DNA of 64,000 nucleotides, from positions 248,001 to 312,000 of the forward strand of contig NW_013657663.1 in the NCBI RefSeq assembly GCF_000142905.1, in the 5' to 3' direction. Origin of the DNA: Thecamonas trahens ATCC 50062. Its lineage: Eukaryota > Protista > Apusomonadida. Every line of letters begins with the position of its first letter. Position 1 is the first letter of the stretch. The notes under the pieces are model-generated. The model ran no database searches, was not told the DNA's origin, and worked only from the letters and a program-made list of their open reading frames with translations. Below are positions 8,246 to 18,204 of this stretch, in pieces. The position numbers and the translations under genes are program-made.

Positions 8246-10911
8246 CTACATGCAGAGGAAAGATCCGCCGCGTGAAGACGAGGCGTGGCCGGAACCATCG
8301 TCGGCGTCGGGATCGCGCTCGTTGACCTCCTCCTGGAGAAGAGCCTCCTTGAACAGATCATAGCCGAGGTACCAGAGCATCATAGCCTTAGTCTTCCGCT
8401 TGTACTTGCGACGGATGGCGGGATCCTTGGAGAGCTGTAGGACGTCCATGAGATTCTCGTCGAGGAAGGTCCATAGGTGCTCGTCGGCAGAGCCGGACGA
8501 CTTGCGCTTCGAGTCAAGGACAAACATGTCGTGGAACTCTTCCATGAGGCGGTTGAGCGGAACCTTGCGGAGGACGGTGGGATGGAGCCAGTTGAGGAAC
8601 TGGACAAAGTCCTCCTGGAGCAGGTCCTTCTCGAGTGGGGCACTTGGGCTTGTGGGCGAGTTGTAGATGGGATGCAGGCGCCAACGGTAGAGGCGGAACT
8701 TGATGGTGCCCTTGCGAATGATGACGACGGCGCCGTGGTTCATCGACTTGTCGGTGTAGTTGGGCGCGGAGAAGACGGTGACAACACCAGGGAACTTATA
8801 CTCGGGCCCGTAGCGGTAGAGCTCGTAGCCGAGCTGCTTCTGCTCGTGGGCGCGGAAGATGGAGAGTAGCTTGTTGCGCTTGAGGAACGAGGCGACGGCC
8901 GGATAGCCAAACGACTTGAGGGTCGAGCCGCGGTCGCACGGGTGGAAGAAAGCGTCCGAGAACGACGACGGCGCCTGCTCCTTGCGGCGCTTGAGCTTTT
9001 TGAGATTCCATACGTGCGGGAGCGAGGCAAAGTCAGGCACCTCGTTGTCCTCGTACGGGTCAGTCCACAAGCAGTCCTTGAGCGGGCCGTACTTGGGCGG
9101 CTCGTTGAACCTGTTGATGGCCTCGATCTGGTCGAGCTTTTCGATGCGGTGCGAGAGGCCACCATGCATCATGAGGATGCGCTTGTCGGCAGTATGCACA
9201 AGAGCGTAGAGCGGCATGGCGTCAAAGCACGCCATGAGCTTGGTGTAGAATTTCTTGCCGTACTTGATGCGGCACTCCTCGAGCGTGCCCATTTTGCGGG
9301 TTGTCTTGCGGCTCTCGTGGTTGCCGCGAATGAGGTAGACCTTGTCCGGGTACTTGAGCTTGGCAGCGAGGAGGTAAAGAATGACTTCGCATGAAAAGTA
9401 GCCGCGGTCGACGTAGTCGCCGAGGAACAGATACGTGTACTTGCTCGAGATCTTGCCACCTGCCCGAAATATTTCCTCGAGGTCGAAGAACTGGCCGTGG
9501 ATGTCGCCGACGACCGTCATCGGCTCCCACAGCTCGAGCATGTTGGGCTCCTTGCGCATCAGGCCGCGCGCGCGGTCCACCAGCTCCAGCGCCACAACCT
9601 TGGACAACAACTCCTCCTTAAGAAACACGTCGTAGATCACCGAGAGCTTGGGCACGTCGTTTTCGTCAAACACGTCCTCGCGCGAGACAGAGAACTTGCC
9701 GGTGAGAAAGATGAAGAAGACCGGCCGCGAGCCGTCGATGCCGAGCTCGGCCAGGCTCGACGTGCCCTGCTTGGCGGTGTCGAGGTGGAAGCCCTCGTAG
9801 TAGAGCCGGTGCGCCGACGTGGCAAAGCCGGTCATCCGCGCCAGCCGCTGCAAGAGCATCATCAGCGTCGCCGACCGCGCAATATGCAGCTTGTAGCGGT
9901 GGCCGAGGTAGAAGGCCTGAATGCGGAGCTTAAAGTAGCCAATCTCGACGGACGAGCTCGACGATTCATCGGCCGACGATCGGCCCCACCCGGCGCCGGG
10001 CGACGGCTTACTTCTGCTCGTGCCCGATGACGAGCCCGAGTCGACGTCCGAGTCGGTGCTGTCCAGCTCACGCGACCGCCGCTTGGCCGCCGCCGACGCG
10101 GCCTCGAGCTCCTCCACCGAGTACATGTCACCGTCGTAGTTGAGGATGCGAGCAAATTCTGCAAACGAGACCTGCCCGTCGTGGTCGGTGTCGGCAGCCG
10201 CCAGCATCTTGCGCAGCTGCGGCGCAGACATCTTTTTGCCCAGATGTGCCATGACCTTGCCCAGCTCGCCCTCGTCGACAAAGCCTGAGTTGTCGTCGTC
10301 AAAACCTTAAAGGCATCGTACAGCTCCGAGAGGTGGGTCTTCTGCGTCTCGATCATCATCTGCACAAACTCGGAAAAGTTGATGAGGTTGTCCGAGTCCA
10401 TGTCTGCTGCGTCGAGCATGAGCTGCACATCGGCGGCCGAGTGGTCGGTCCCGAGCATCTCGAGCATCGACTTGAGCTCGCGCGCGTCAATGACTCCATC
10501 GCCGTCGCGGTCATACTGGTCAAACACCCGTCGGTACGACTTCATCCGCTTCCGCGGCACGTTGTACTTTTCGCGGATCTCATCGTCGGTCAGGTACATC
10601 TCCGACGGCGCTGTCGACGCTCCGCCACCGCTCCGCCGCTTGCGCTTCTGCTGAGACTTGGTGCTCGAGCTTGAGCTCGAGTCTGAGCTCGAGCCGGCCT
10701 TCATCGCCATGGCGGGCATCGGTCTCCTGCCCAAGCCCGAGCTGCTGCTCCCAGAGTAGCTACTGCCCGTCCTGCTACTGCCCGTCCCGCTGCTCCCAGT
10801 GCTACTACTTCCATACCCGCTACTTCCCGAGCTGCTTCCAGAACGAGAACTGCTCGAGTACCCAGAGCCACCACTCGAGCTTGATGACGATGATGAGCCC
10901 GAGGACGACAT
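8246..10911 (-). CDS. Calmodulin-like (4 EF-hand) + ubiquitin-like + calcineurin A (PP2B)-type phosphatase fusion; one-base frameshift at about 10301-10304
   Basis: ORFs 9862..10917 and 8246..10252 join if the T4 run is T5 (AFKVFDDDNSGFVDEGE). EF loops: DRDGDGVIDARE, DMDSDNLINFSE, DDDNSGFVDEGE, DTDHDGQVSFAE. PPP motifs: GDIHG, GDYVDRG, RGNHE, HGG, RAHE, FSAPNY, in calcineurin-like context (YLFLGDYVDRGYFS, FPGVVTVFSAPNY). Confidence 0.87.
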
Positions 10912-11048
10912 GAACAACTAGAGGTGGCTGTGGCAGGGGAGGGGGGGGGGGGGGGGAGGGAGTTACACTTGTCTTGGTGTAGTGGCTTGGTAGAGACGGT
11001 GGACAACTGAGACGAGGTTGTGTTGTGACGGTGAGGACTGCGGAGGAT

Positions 11049-12550
11049 ATGGAGTTTGACCTGCCTGTAGAGGCTGTGTGTGGGGGTGACGGAGTGGCGG
11101 TGTGGCAGGCCGACAGCCTCCCACACGACCGCCGTCATGCCTCGGTCCTTAAGGCTATTGTCGATGCCATGGGAGAGGCTTCTGCTGCGGTAAGTTGTTA
11201 GGGTGGGTGGTGGAGGATGGTAACGGGAGGGGAGAGGGAGAGGAGGGGGGAGGAGGGGGGGGGGGGCNNNNNNNNNNNNNNNNNNNNNNNNNNNNNNNNN
11301 NNNNNNNNNNNNNNNNNNNNNNNNNNNNNNNNNNNNNNNNNNNNNNNNNNNNNNNNNNNNNNNNNNNGGAGTTTTTTCCGTGACGGGCGGCGCTGTTGGT
11401 CGGGACGCTGTGCGCATGCTGCGGCCTGTTCATGGAAGTGTGGCGTTCACGTGCATCGTTGGGTTCGCGATTGTACGCTCAACTAGCCGGTCTTGCCAAT
11501 GCGTTGTAGGTGTCTTGCTCGGGATCTGACATCATAACGTGGATGCACGACGGGCGACGCAGGAGCCGGGGCATTTGTAATGACCACACTTTCCTTAAGG
11601 GGGGGGGGGGGGGGGAGTATCGGCAAGGGGCCTTGGACTGACCGAACCGACGATGCTCTCTGGCGGGTCAACGCTGCGCGGCGCGGCACGACCAACACGC
11701 GACCACGGCCGATTGGCGCGGCGTGCAGGCGCAAGGGCTCAATCATGTCATCACCAGCTACGACAAGCTAGCGACGTCGAGCCACACTCTCTACCTGTAC
11801 ATGCTGCCCGAGGAGCGGAGAGTGGCTGGCTTGCTCAAGGTCGGCCACAAGCGGCTGTTCATCATGGACGGTATCCGTGGGACCGTGGAGATGGAGCCAC
11901 TTTGTGCGCTCGATTTTTATGTCCACGAGTCGATGCAGCGACGTGGTATCGGTCTCGCGCTGTTCGAGACCATGCTCAGCGACTGCAGAGCAGTGCCGGC
12001 GCGGATGGGTTACGACCGCCCGTCTGACAAGTTCTTGTCGTTCCTGGCCAAGCATTACGGCCTGCGCTCGTACACGCCGCAGAGCAACAACTTTGTGGTC
12101 TTCCACGACTACTTTGACCCACCACGGACAGTAGCTGTGGCTAGTGCTGCCAACGCAGGCCCCTCCACCGGCTTGTACTCGGGTGAGCACGCCCCGTCGT
12201 CGCTCACGAGCTCCCACAGCACCGTGCTCCCAACAGCTTCGTACCAGCTGTACGGCGGCTCGGTGCCGCCTCCGTCGACCACCCCGTCGGCGTCAGCGTA
12301 CACGCCGCCGGCGTCGCCGCCGACGCCGCCACGGGCATCGACGGCCTGTGACGACCAAGAGTACGGGTACGCCGGTCATGCCTCGACGCCGACCGCGACA
12401 ACGCCATACACGGGCGAATATCACACTCCGTCGGCGTCAGCGGCCGACGGTCTGCACACACCTGCTGACGTATACTACACGCCATCGGCACGCACCCCGC
12501 GCCTGCGCCGTCATCGTCAGCCCGCGCCGCCTCGTATCGCTCGCAGATGA
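11049..12550 (+). CDS. ATAT1: Alpha-tubulin N-acetyltransferase (MEC-17/ATAT1), join(11049..11189,11729..12550)
   Basis: Exon 1 MEFDLPV...IVDAMGEASAA|GTAAGT splices in phase 0 to CAG|AQGLNHVITS. Motifs GLLKVGHKRLF, LCALDFYVHESMQRRGIG, YDRPSDKFLSFLAKHYGL, PQSNNFVVF. The exact C-terminus is uncertain: it could end near 12642 if a C is missing at about 12495. Confidence 0.93.
11268..11367. other. Assembly gap (100 N) inside the ATAT1 intron, next to a poly-G tract
   Basis: Run of 100 n's, probably a placeholder length. Confidence 0.99.
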
Positions 12551-13107
12551 TGTCATCGGCCGGCGTCGCCGCTGCGCTCTCGCCAGCGCTACCGGTGCAG
12601 TCATCAGCCCGCCGCCGCAACTCGCGCTACCGCCGCCGCTGAGGTCGGCAAGCGCGCGAGTCGACGTCGAATGCATTAGACGTTGTCGAATGAATCCTTT
12701 CCACCGCCCCCAGTCGCGGCAGCTTCGGCGAGACACACCCAGCGTCGCTCATCGGCGTCTTTCGCAGGCTGAGCACGCTGGTCGCGCCCCTGCGCGAGCC
12801 TACGCCGCGTCGTGGTGGCGTGCTTGGTCCCGCATTCCCGCTCGCCCCCAGGACAGCCGGGCGCGCGCGGGGACGCGAGTGCAACGGTAGCAGCGGACGC
12901 GGCGGTCTCGACTGCAGCCAAGCTGAACTTGCGACCGCTCGAGACGCCGGCGGCGACGCCGAACGAGACGCCGGCGGCGACGCCGACCGCTGGGGCCAAC
13001 TCCATCGCGCCGAGACAACTGCTGAGAGCGAGTCTCCTGCAAAGACAGCCTTCAACTTCCGGACGTCCTCGCTCTCGATCTGCATCCAGCCATAACCACC
13101 ACTGTCC

Positions 13108-13146
13108 ATCATGTCCGTCATGTCCGTCATGTCCGTCATGTCCGCC
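13108..13146. repeat. 9-bp tandem repeat (catgtccgt), about 4 copies
   Basis: Seen directly: catc atgtccgtca tgtccgtcat gtccgtcatg tccgcc. Confidence 0.85.
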
Positions 13147-13242
13147 TAAGTTGGCTCAGCCGCCGAGCTCCTGCCTCACCTGAGCCGAGCGGAAGAGGAA
13201 GGAGGTAGAGCTGGTGTTCGCTCAACAGATCAACCGAGTCTG

Positions 13243-13336
13243 TGAGCGAGAGTGAGCGAGAGAGTGAGTGAGCGAGAGAGTGAGTGAGCGAGAGAGTGAG
13301 TGAGCGAGAGAGTGAGTGAGCGAGAGAGTGAGTGAG
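13243..13336. repeat. 16-bp tandem repeat (gagcgagagagtgagt), about 5-6 copies
   Basis: Purine-rich minisatellite seen directly. Confidence 0.9.
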
Positions 13337-13524
13337 TCGAGTCTGGTTCTTGGGTCTGTCTTGGCATTCTCGGTCCGCCTGCAGTTGGCTGGCCATTGAG
13401 CAATGGGGGGGGGGGCACACTCGATGCGTGGTCCTCTCCATCTCCGCAGACATCGTCCCCAACACCAAAAGGCTCGACAGCTGGATGGACTGGATATGTG
13501 TGCGCGTGGTGGTGATGGACGTGG

Positions 13525-14514
13525 TTGAGGCAATTAGATGGCGCCGTCAGATGCCGATGCAGACGTATCCTCGAGGGGAATTGCCTTCTCGGCAAGGACT
13601 GGATGACGCCACTGTGGGGACATTCTTCCGGAGGGCGAAGGAGGAGAGGCAGGGGAGAACGGGAGAAGGGGGTGAGACACTCCTCTGCAGCAACGAGACG
13701 TACCCACAGACAGACACTCTTCCTCAACGGGATATCCTCAGAGTCCGACATGGACATGCCATGGCGCGAGTCAGACGACGGCTTGGCCGACATGGAGACC
13801 GTGCCGGTGGTGAGCTCGGTCAATGTGGCGGAGACCATGTCGGGGAAGGCCGTACGGGAGCTGGGCACAGCCATGCGGAGGAAGCGCAAGGCTTGGGGAG
13901 ATGCCGATGGTGCCCGCCCGTCAAAGAGCAAGATCCCTGTCCGGCCAGTGCTCGCTGATGACTTGGCAAGCGACGATGACGACGCCGACAATGATGACGA
14001 TGGTGACGGCCAAGATGATGGTGGTGGCGGCGGGCAACTCGCCCTTGATCCGGCCGTTTTGGCACTGCAAGCGCTGGACGGATGGTTGGCAGAGGGAGGC
14101 GCGGACGATTGTGATGCGTGCGCGATGCCGGTGCAGGTGATGGTCACCGGCCGGCGCCGGGTGGCGCTCACGGTCTCAGCGGCGCATCTGGATCTCCAGC
14201 TCGCGCGGACTCTGCGGAGAGCGGGGCGGGTGGTCCGTGGCCTCAGCATCCGCGGTTGCGAGCACGTCTCGGACTCGGCCATCCACCGGACTATCCCAGA
14301 GTTGCCGAACCTGGTCGAGCTCTCGATGTCGGGCGCGTCGCGCGTTGGCTTCTCGTCGATGCGGCACTTTGCACGCAGGGCGCGGTCTCTTCGCATTGTC
14401 GACGTGACGCGCACAAGGCTGGAGGCACAAGGCGTAACGGTCTATCTAAAGCGTGTGTATGCGCCCGCGAGCGTCTCGGTCATTGCCTCGCCGTCGCAAG
14501 AGTCGTCCAGCTGA
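13525..14514 (+). CDS. Hypothetical protein with C-terminal cysteine-containing-type LRRs (start uncertain, ATG at about 13602 or 13750)
   Basis: LRR-like LSIRGCEHVSDSAI...LPNLVELSMSGASRV...LRIVDVTRT, preceded by an acidic tract and basic RRKRK. Confidence 0.62.
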   Translation: MRQLDGAVRCRCRRILEGNCLLGKDWMTPLWGHSSGGRRRRGRGEREKGVRHSSAATRRTHRQTLFLNGISSESDMDMPWRESDDGLADMETVPVVSSVNVAETMSGKAVRELGTAMRRKRKAWGDADGARPSKSKIPVRPVLADDLASDDDDADNDDDGDGQDDGGGGGQLALDPAVLALQALDGWLAEGGADDCDACAMPVQVMVTGRRRVALTVSAAHLDLQLARTLRRAGRVVRGLSIRGCEHVSDSAIHRTIPELPNLVELSMSGASRVGFSSMRHFARRARSLRIVDVTRTRLEAQGVTVYLKRVYAPASVSVIASPSQESSS

Positions 14515-14569
14515 TTGGAAGGCCAAGGAGCAACGGTTTATGTGGAGACGCGACCGCGCTGGCGGAGCC

Positions 14570-17095
14570 TCAGTCGTCGTCAGACGTCGAGGTGTAGTAC
14601 GAGCTCGATGTGGTGGTGATGGAGATGTCGTCATCGTCATCGTCGTCGTCGTCGTCGGTGGCGGCGGTGTGGCCGTCGGCGCTCGGATCGAGGGCCGCCG
14701 AGCTCACGCCTTCAGAGGTCGAGCCGCCATCGCGGGTGTCCGTCACAGGCCCGCACGAGGTGGCGTCGTCAGAGCGCTTGTTTGCCGACGAGGTGCGCGG
14801 CTTGGACGACCCGTCGTCGTCGGCGTCAGCGTCGTGCGTGTCGTCGATAGTGATAAAGTCGTCGGCGGGCCCGCCGGTGCCGGAGACGGCCATGGAAGCC
14901 ATGCCGGCGCCGAGGTACTCGCCATCGGTGGCGGTGTCTGTGACGGTGGCGAGCGAGAGGGCAAGGTGAGTGGGATGGTTCGGGTCAAAGGCGTCGTCGT
15001 CGCCGGTCGCGCCCTTGCCATACAGCCTGTTGGTGTCAAACGGCGAGAGGTAGAGCGGAAAGTTTCCGCGGGCAATGACCTTGCCCGCAGCGTCGAGGCG
15101 GACGACCGAGTCGGTGGCCTCGTCGATGGTAAAGCCCGCCGGAAAGTGGACGTCTGTCGAGTGAGCAAAGTAGTCGTCGGGCACGCCAGTGTTGGCCTCG
15201 ATAAACTCAAAGAAGCGGCGGGCGTACTGGTCGGGCGGGACGGCGGAGATGGTGTCCTTGTCAAAGCGGAGCGACTTGTAGCGGTTCTCGAGCTTTTTCT
15301 TGGCGTTGTACTTTTGCAGAAAGTCGATGATGCCCAAAAAGTAGACCTCGTTGAGCGGCTCGTTCTCTGTTCCGGTCGAGGCAAAGCCGCCCTGGTCAGC
15401 AGCAAAGAGCGAGACCTTGATGGACGAGGCGACGAGGTGGGTGGTCGGCTCGCCGGCCTGGGCCAGCGGCGTCAGTGCCACGGGCCGCTTGACAAGCGCC
15501 TGCTTAGCCTGCCTCCGGTACTTTTTGCGAAGGTTGGCGTTGACAATGTCGTCGCGCGAGGCGAGCTCGGGCGCGATTGGCTTGACCACCGAGAGATTGG
15601 TGGCGCGGAGAAACTGCGAGTTGGAGATGTTGAGGTCGTGGACGCCGACCAGCAGCGAATAGTCCATCACGCCGATTGAGGTCAGGTACTCGACGTCGCG
15701 GCGGACCTGATCCAGGAATGCCGCCCGCTTATGCGGGCCGAGGAGGAGCGAGGCCTTGCGCGAGAGAAAGTCGAGGTCCTTGAGCGTCGACGACTCCTTG
15801 TCAACCTTGGCGGCGCCGACGGTCCGGCCCCATGTTGAGCCCTTGAGGTCGTACTTGCGGTGGATGTCGAGGTCGGGCGGGAAGACGTTTTCCATAATGA
15901 CAAAGTACGTCTTTTTGCCCTTGTGCGGCTTGACCCGGTGGAGACCGTAGAACTTGGAGAGCAGCGTGTTGGGGTTCTCCTTGAGGTACAGATAGTACTC
16001 GTACAGAATTGACCGAAGGAGCTTGGCTTCCGTGAGCGTGATGGTCTTGATAACAAACCGGAGGTCGTTGGAAAAGTACAGGTATGCACCCGACTTGCCC
16101 GGCGACGACAGCTCGGTGAGGACGTAGTCGTCGGTGAGCGACATGAGGTACACATCCTCGTCAAGAAAGAGCGACCGGATGGCGCGAAAGGTGACCGGAG
16201 CGTAGTCCTGGAACTTAAAGTCCGAGTGCTTGTGCGCCGGCGTCCGCTCGGTCCCGTCGTGAAGAAAGTTCCACCGATGGACGAGCTTGGACGACGCCGC
16301 CGTCGGCTCTTCCACCACACCGCCGTTGCGGACAACCACCGTAGCAGCTCGCGAGACAACCGTGCGGATGCCGAGAATCATGATGTACACCAGCTCGTGC
16401 GACGAGCCGTCGACTCGGGTCCCAACGTTGAGCTTGGGCTCGGACGCCGACTCGCCACGCCCGCGCCGCGCCATGCTCACGCTTGTCGACGTGGTGCACA
16501 TCGACGACGTAGTCGCCTCGGACCGCCCATCTGACTCTTCGCCGGCGTCCGAGGTGGAGACCGAGTCAGCCGATGAGCTGCACGAGGTGTTTGACGAGCC
16601 AGATCCGGACGAGTTGACACCAGCGCTAGCACCTGCGCCGCCACCAGCAACAGCGCCAGCGCCTGTGCCCGAGCCCGAGCCCAACGTTGCGTGATTCGAT
16701 GGCGTCGCATCGGAAGCATGCGCAGCAACAGGGGGAGTTGCGGGCGGAAACTCGTCGTCAAAGACCCCGATGGAGTGGGAGAACCGCGGGTGGGCGTGCG
16801 GCGAGGGCTGGTCGCCAGTATGTCTGCGGACATACGAGGTCTGCAGCGGAAGACCGAGCTGGTCATGGCCTACACTGCCCCCTGCAGCAGGAGGAGCAGC
16901 AGGAGCAGCAGCAACAGCGCCGCCAGAACCACCACCAGCAGCAGGAGCAGGAGCAGGAGCAGCAGGAGCTGGCGGGGTGCTATCTGCCACGCCAGGACCT
17001 GCAGTGCCAGCAGCCGGCGTGCCTGCAGCCTGGCCCTGGCTCCTGCCACGGACTCGCTTGTCGCCGCTGTCAGGCCCGTTCTCGGCACTTGCCAT
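14570..17095 (-). CDS. Phosphatidylinositol-4-phosphate 5-kinase (Mss4/PIP5K1-like)
   Basis: Motifs FKFQDYAPVTFRAIR, SPGKSGAYLYFSND.RFVIKT, TLLSKFYGLH, YDLKGST, KDLDF, MDYSLLVG, YFLGIIDFLQKY, ISAVPPDQYARRF. Confidence 0.96.
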   Translation of the reverse strand: MASAENGPDSGDKRVRGRSQGQAAGTPAAGTAGPGVADSTPPAPAAPAPAPAAGGGSGGAVAAAPAAPPAAGGSVGHDQLGLPLQTSYVRRHTGDQPSPHAHPRFSHSIGVFDDEFPPATPPVAAHASDATPSNHATLGSGSGTGAGAVAGGGAGASAGVNSSGSGSSNTSCSSSADSVSTSDAGEESDGRSEATTSSMCTTSTSVSMARRGRGESASEPKLNVGTRVDGSSHELVYIMILGIRTVVSRAATVVVRNGGVVEEPTAASSKLVHRWNFLHDGTERTPAHKHSDFKFQDYAPVTFRAIRSLFLDEDVYLMSLTDDYVLTELSSPGKSGAYLYFSNDLRFVIKTITLTEAKLLRSILYEYYLYLKENPNTLLSKFYGLHRVKPHKGKKTYFVIMENVFPPDLDIHRKYDLKGSTWGRTVGAAKVDKESSTLKDLDFLSRKASLLLGPHKRAAFLDQVRRDVEYLTSIGVMDYSLLVGVHDLNISNSQFLRATNLSVVKPIAPELASRDDIVNANLRKKYRRQAKQALVKRPVALTPLAQAGEPTTHLVASSIKVSLFAADQGGFASTGTENEPLNEVYFLGIIDFLQKYNAKKKLENRYKSLRFDKDTISAVPPDQYARRFFEFIEANTGVPDDYFAHSTDVHFPAGFTIDEATDSVVRLDAAGKVIARGNFPLYLSPFDTNRLYGKGATGDDDAFDPNHPTHLALSLATVTDTATDGEYLGAGMASMAVSGTGGPADDFITIDDTHDADADDDGSSKPRTSSANKRSDDATSCGPVTDTRDGGSTSEGVSSAALDPSADGHTAATDDDDDDDDDDISITTTSSSYYTSTSDDD

Positions 17096-17397
17096 GGAGG
17101 TAAGGGAGGGGAGGGGGGTGGGGTAGGGTGGGGGGAAGGGGAGGAGGTTAGTGGGTGCAGTGGTGGCGCTGGAAGTGGCGCTGGTGGTGGCGGTGTGCGG
17201 TGGACGGTCGGCAGGTCAGTGCTGCTGGGAGTCTGGCGAGTTCGGAAGGCTCGCCAGTGAACCAACGCTCACCTTGATTGGTATTGGTTCGGTCACACGG
17301 TCACACAGCCACAGCCACAGTCAGCGACACACCTCACGCCCTTCTCCCGACCACAGCAGACACACCAAGCTCTTCTCTCAACCCTTCACAGACAAGC

Positions 17398-18168
17398 ATG
17401 GCCTCCCTTCCTGAGATTGCCTGCGATCCTTCCGCCCCCTTCTTTGGCTCCATGGGAGCTGCTGCCGCCATTTCGCTCGGCTGTACGTGTGTAGAGGGGG
17501 AGCGTTGGTGAGGGGGGGTCCACTAGGCGTGTGACTTGCGTTGCCCTGACGAAGGCCGGGCGGCTTATGGTAGCAGATTTTTTGAAGCCAGTCCAGGGTG
17601 CGGGGGTGGGGGGAAATAGAGGAGGAGGAAGAGGAGGAGGAGCAAGAGAGGGTGGGAGGATAGAGAGGGTGGGGGTGGAAAGGTGGGAGAGGGTGAGGGG
17701 GGGGTTACTCACGGGCTGTGTGGTGTGGTGGGTGTAGGCCTCGGCGCTGCCTACGGCACCGCCAAGTCGTCGATCGGGATCTCGGCTGTTGGTGTGCTCA
17801 AGCCCGAGCTGATCATGCGGTCGATCATTCCGGTGGTCATGGCCGGTATTGTCGGTATTTACGGCCTCATTGTCTCGATCATCATCTCGACCTCGATGAA
17901 GCCGGCGACGTACCCGGACGCGTCGGGCTACATTGACCTTGGCGCCGGCCTCGCTGTCGGCCTTGCCGGCCTCGCCTCGGGCATGTGCATCGGCATCGTC
18001 GGTGACTCGGGCGTCCGCGCTTTTGCCCAGCAGCCGCGCGTCTACGTCACCCTCATCCTCATCCTCATTTTCGCTGAGGCGCTCGGCCTTTACGGCCTCA
18101 TTGTCGCCATTGTCATGGGCGGCCAGAAGCCGCAGACTGGCTCGTTCAAGTGCGTCACCTCAAACTGA
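17398..18168 (+). CDS. ATP6V0C: V-type ATPase 16-kDa proteolipid subunit c, join(17398..17482,17738..18168)
   Basis: [15 protein letters not shown]|[11 protein letters not shown]...[15 protein letters not shown]...[18 protein letters not shown] with the essential Glu. Phase-1 intron GTACGT..TAG. Confidence 0.97.
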
Positions 18169-18204
18169 TAAAGCCACACAAGCCTAGCCTCAGCCTTGCT
18201 CTGG

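Noticed and set aside
13108-13336. Tandem repeats here and at 54806-54864 as CRISPR or telomeric arrays
   Set aside because: They have no spacers, units of only 9-16 bp and no telomere-like unit. They are ordinary mini/microsatellites.
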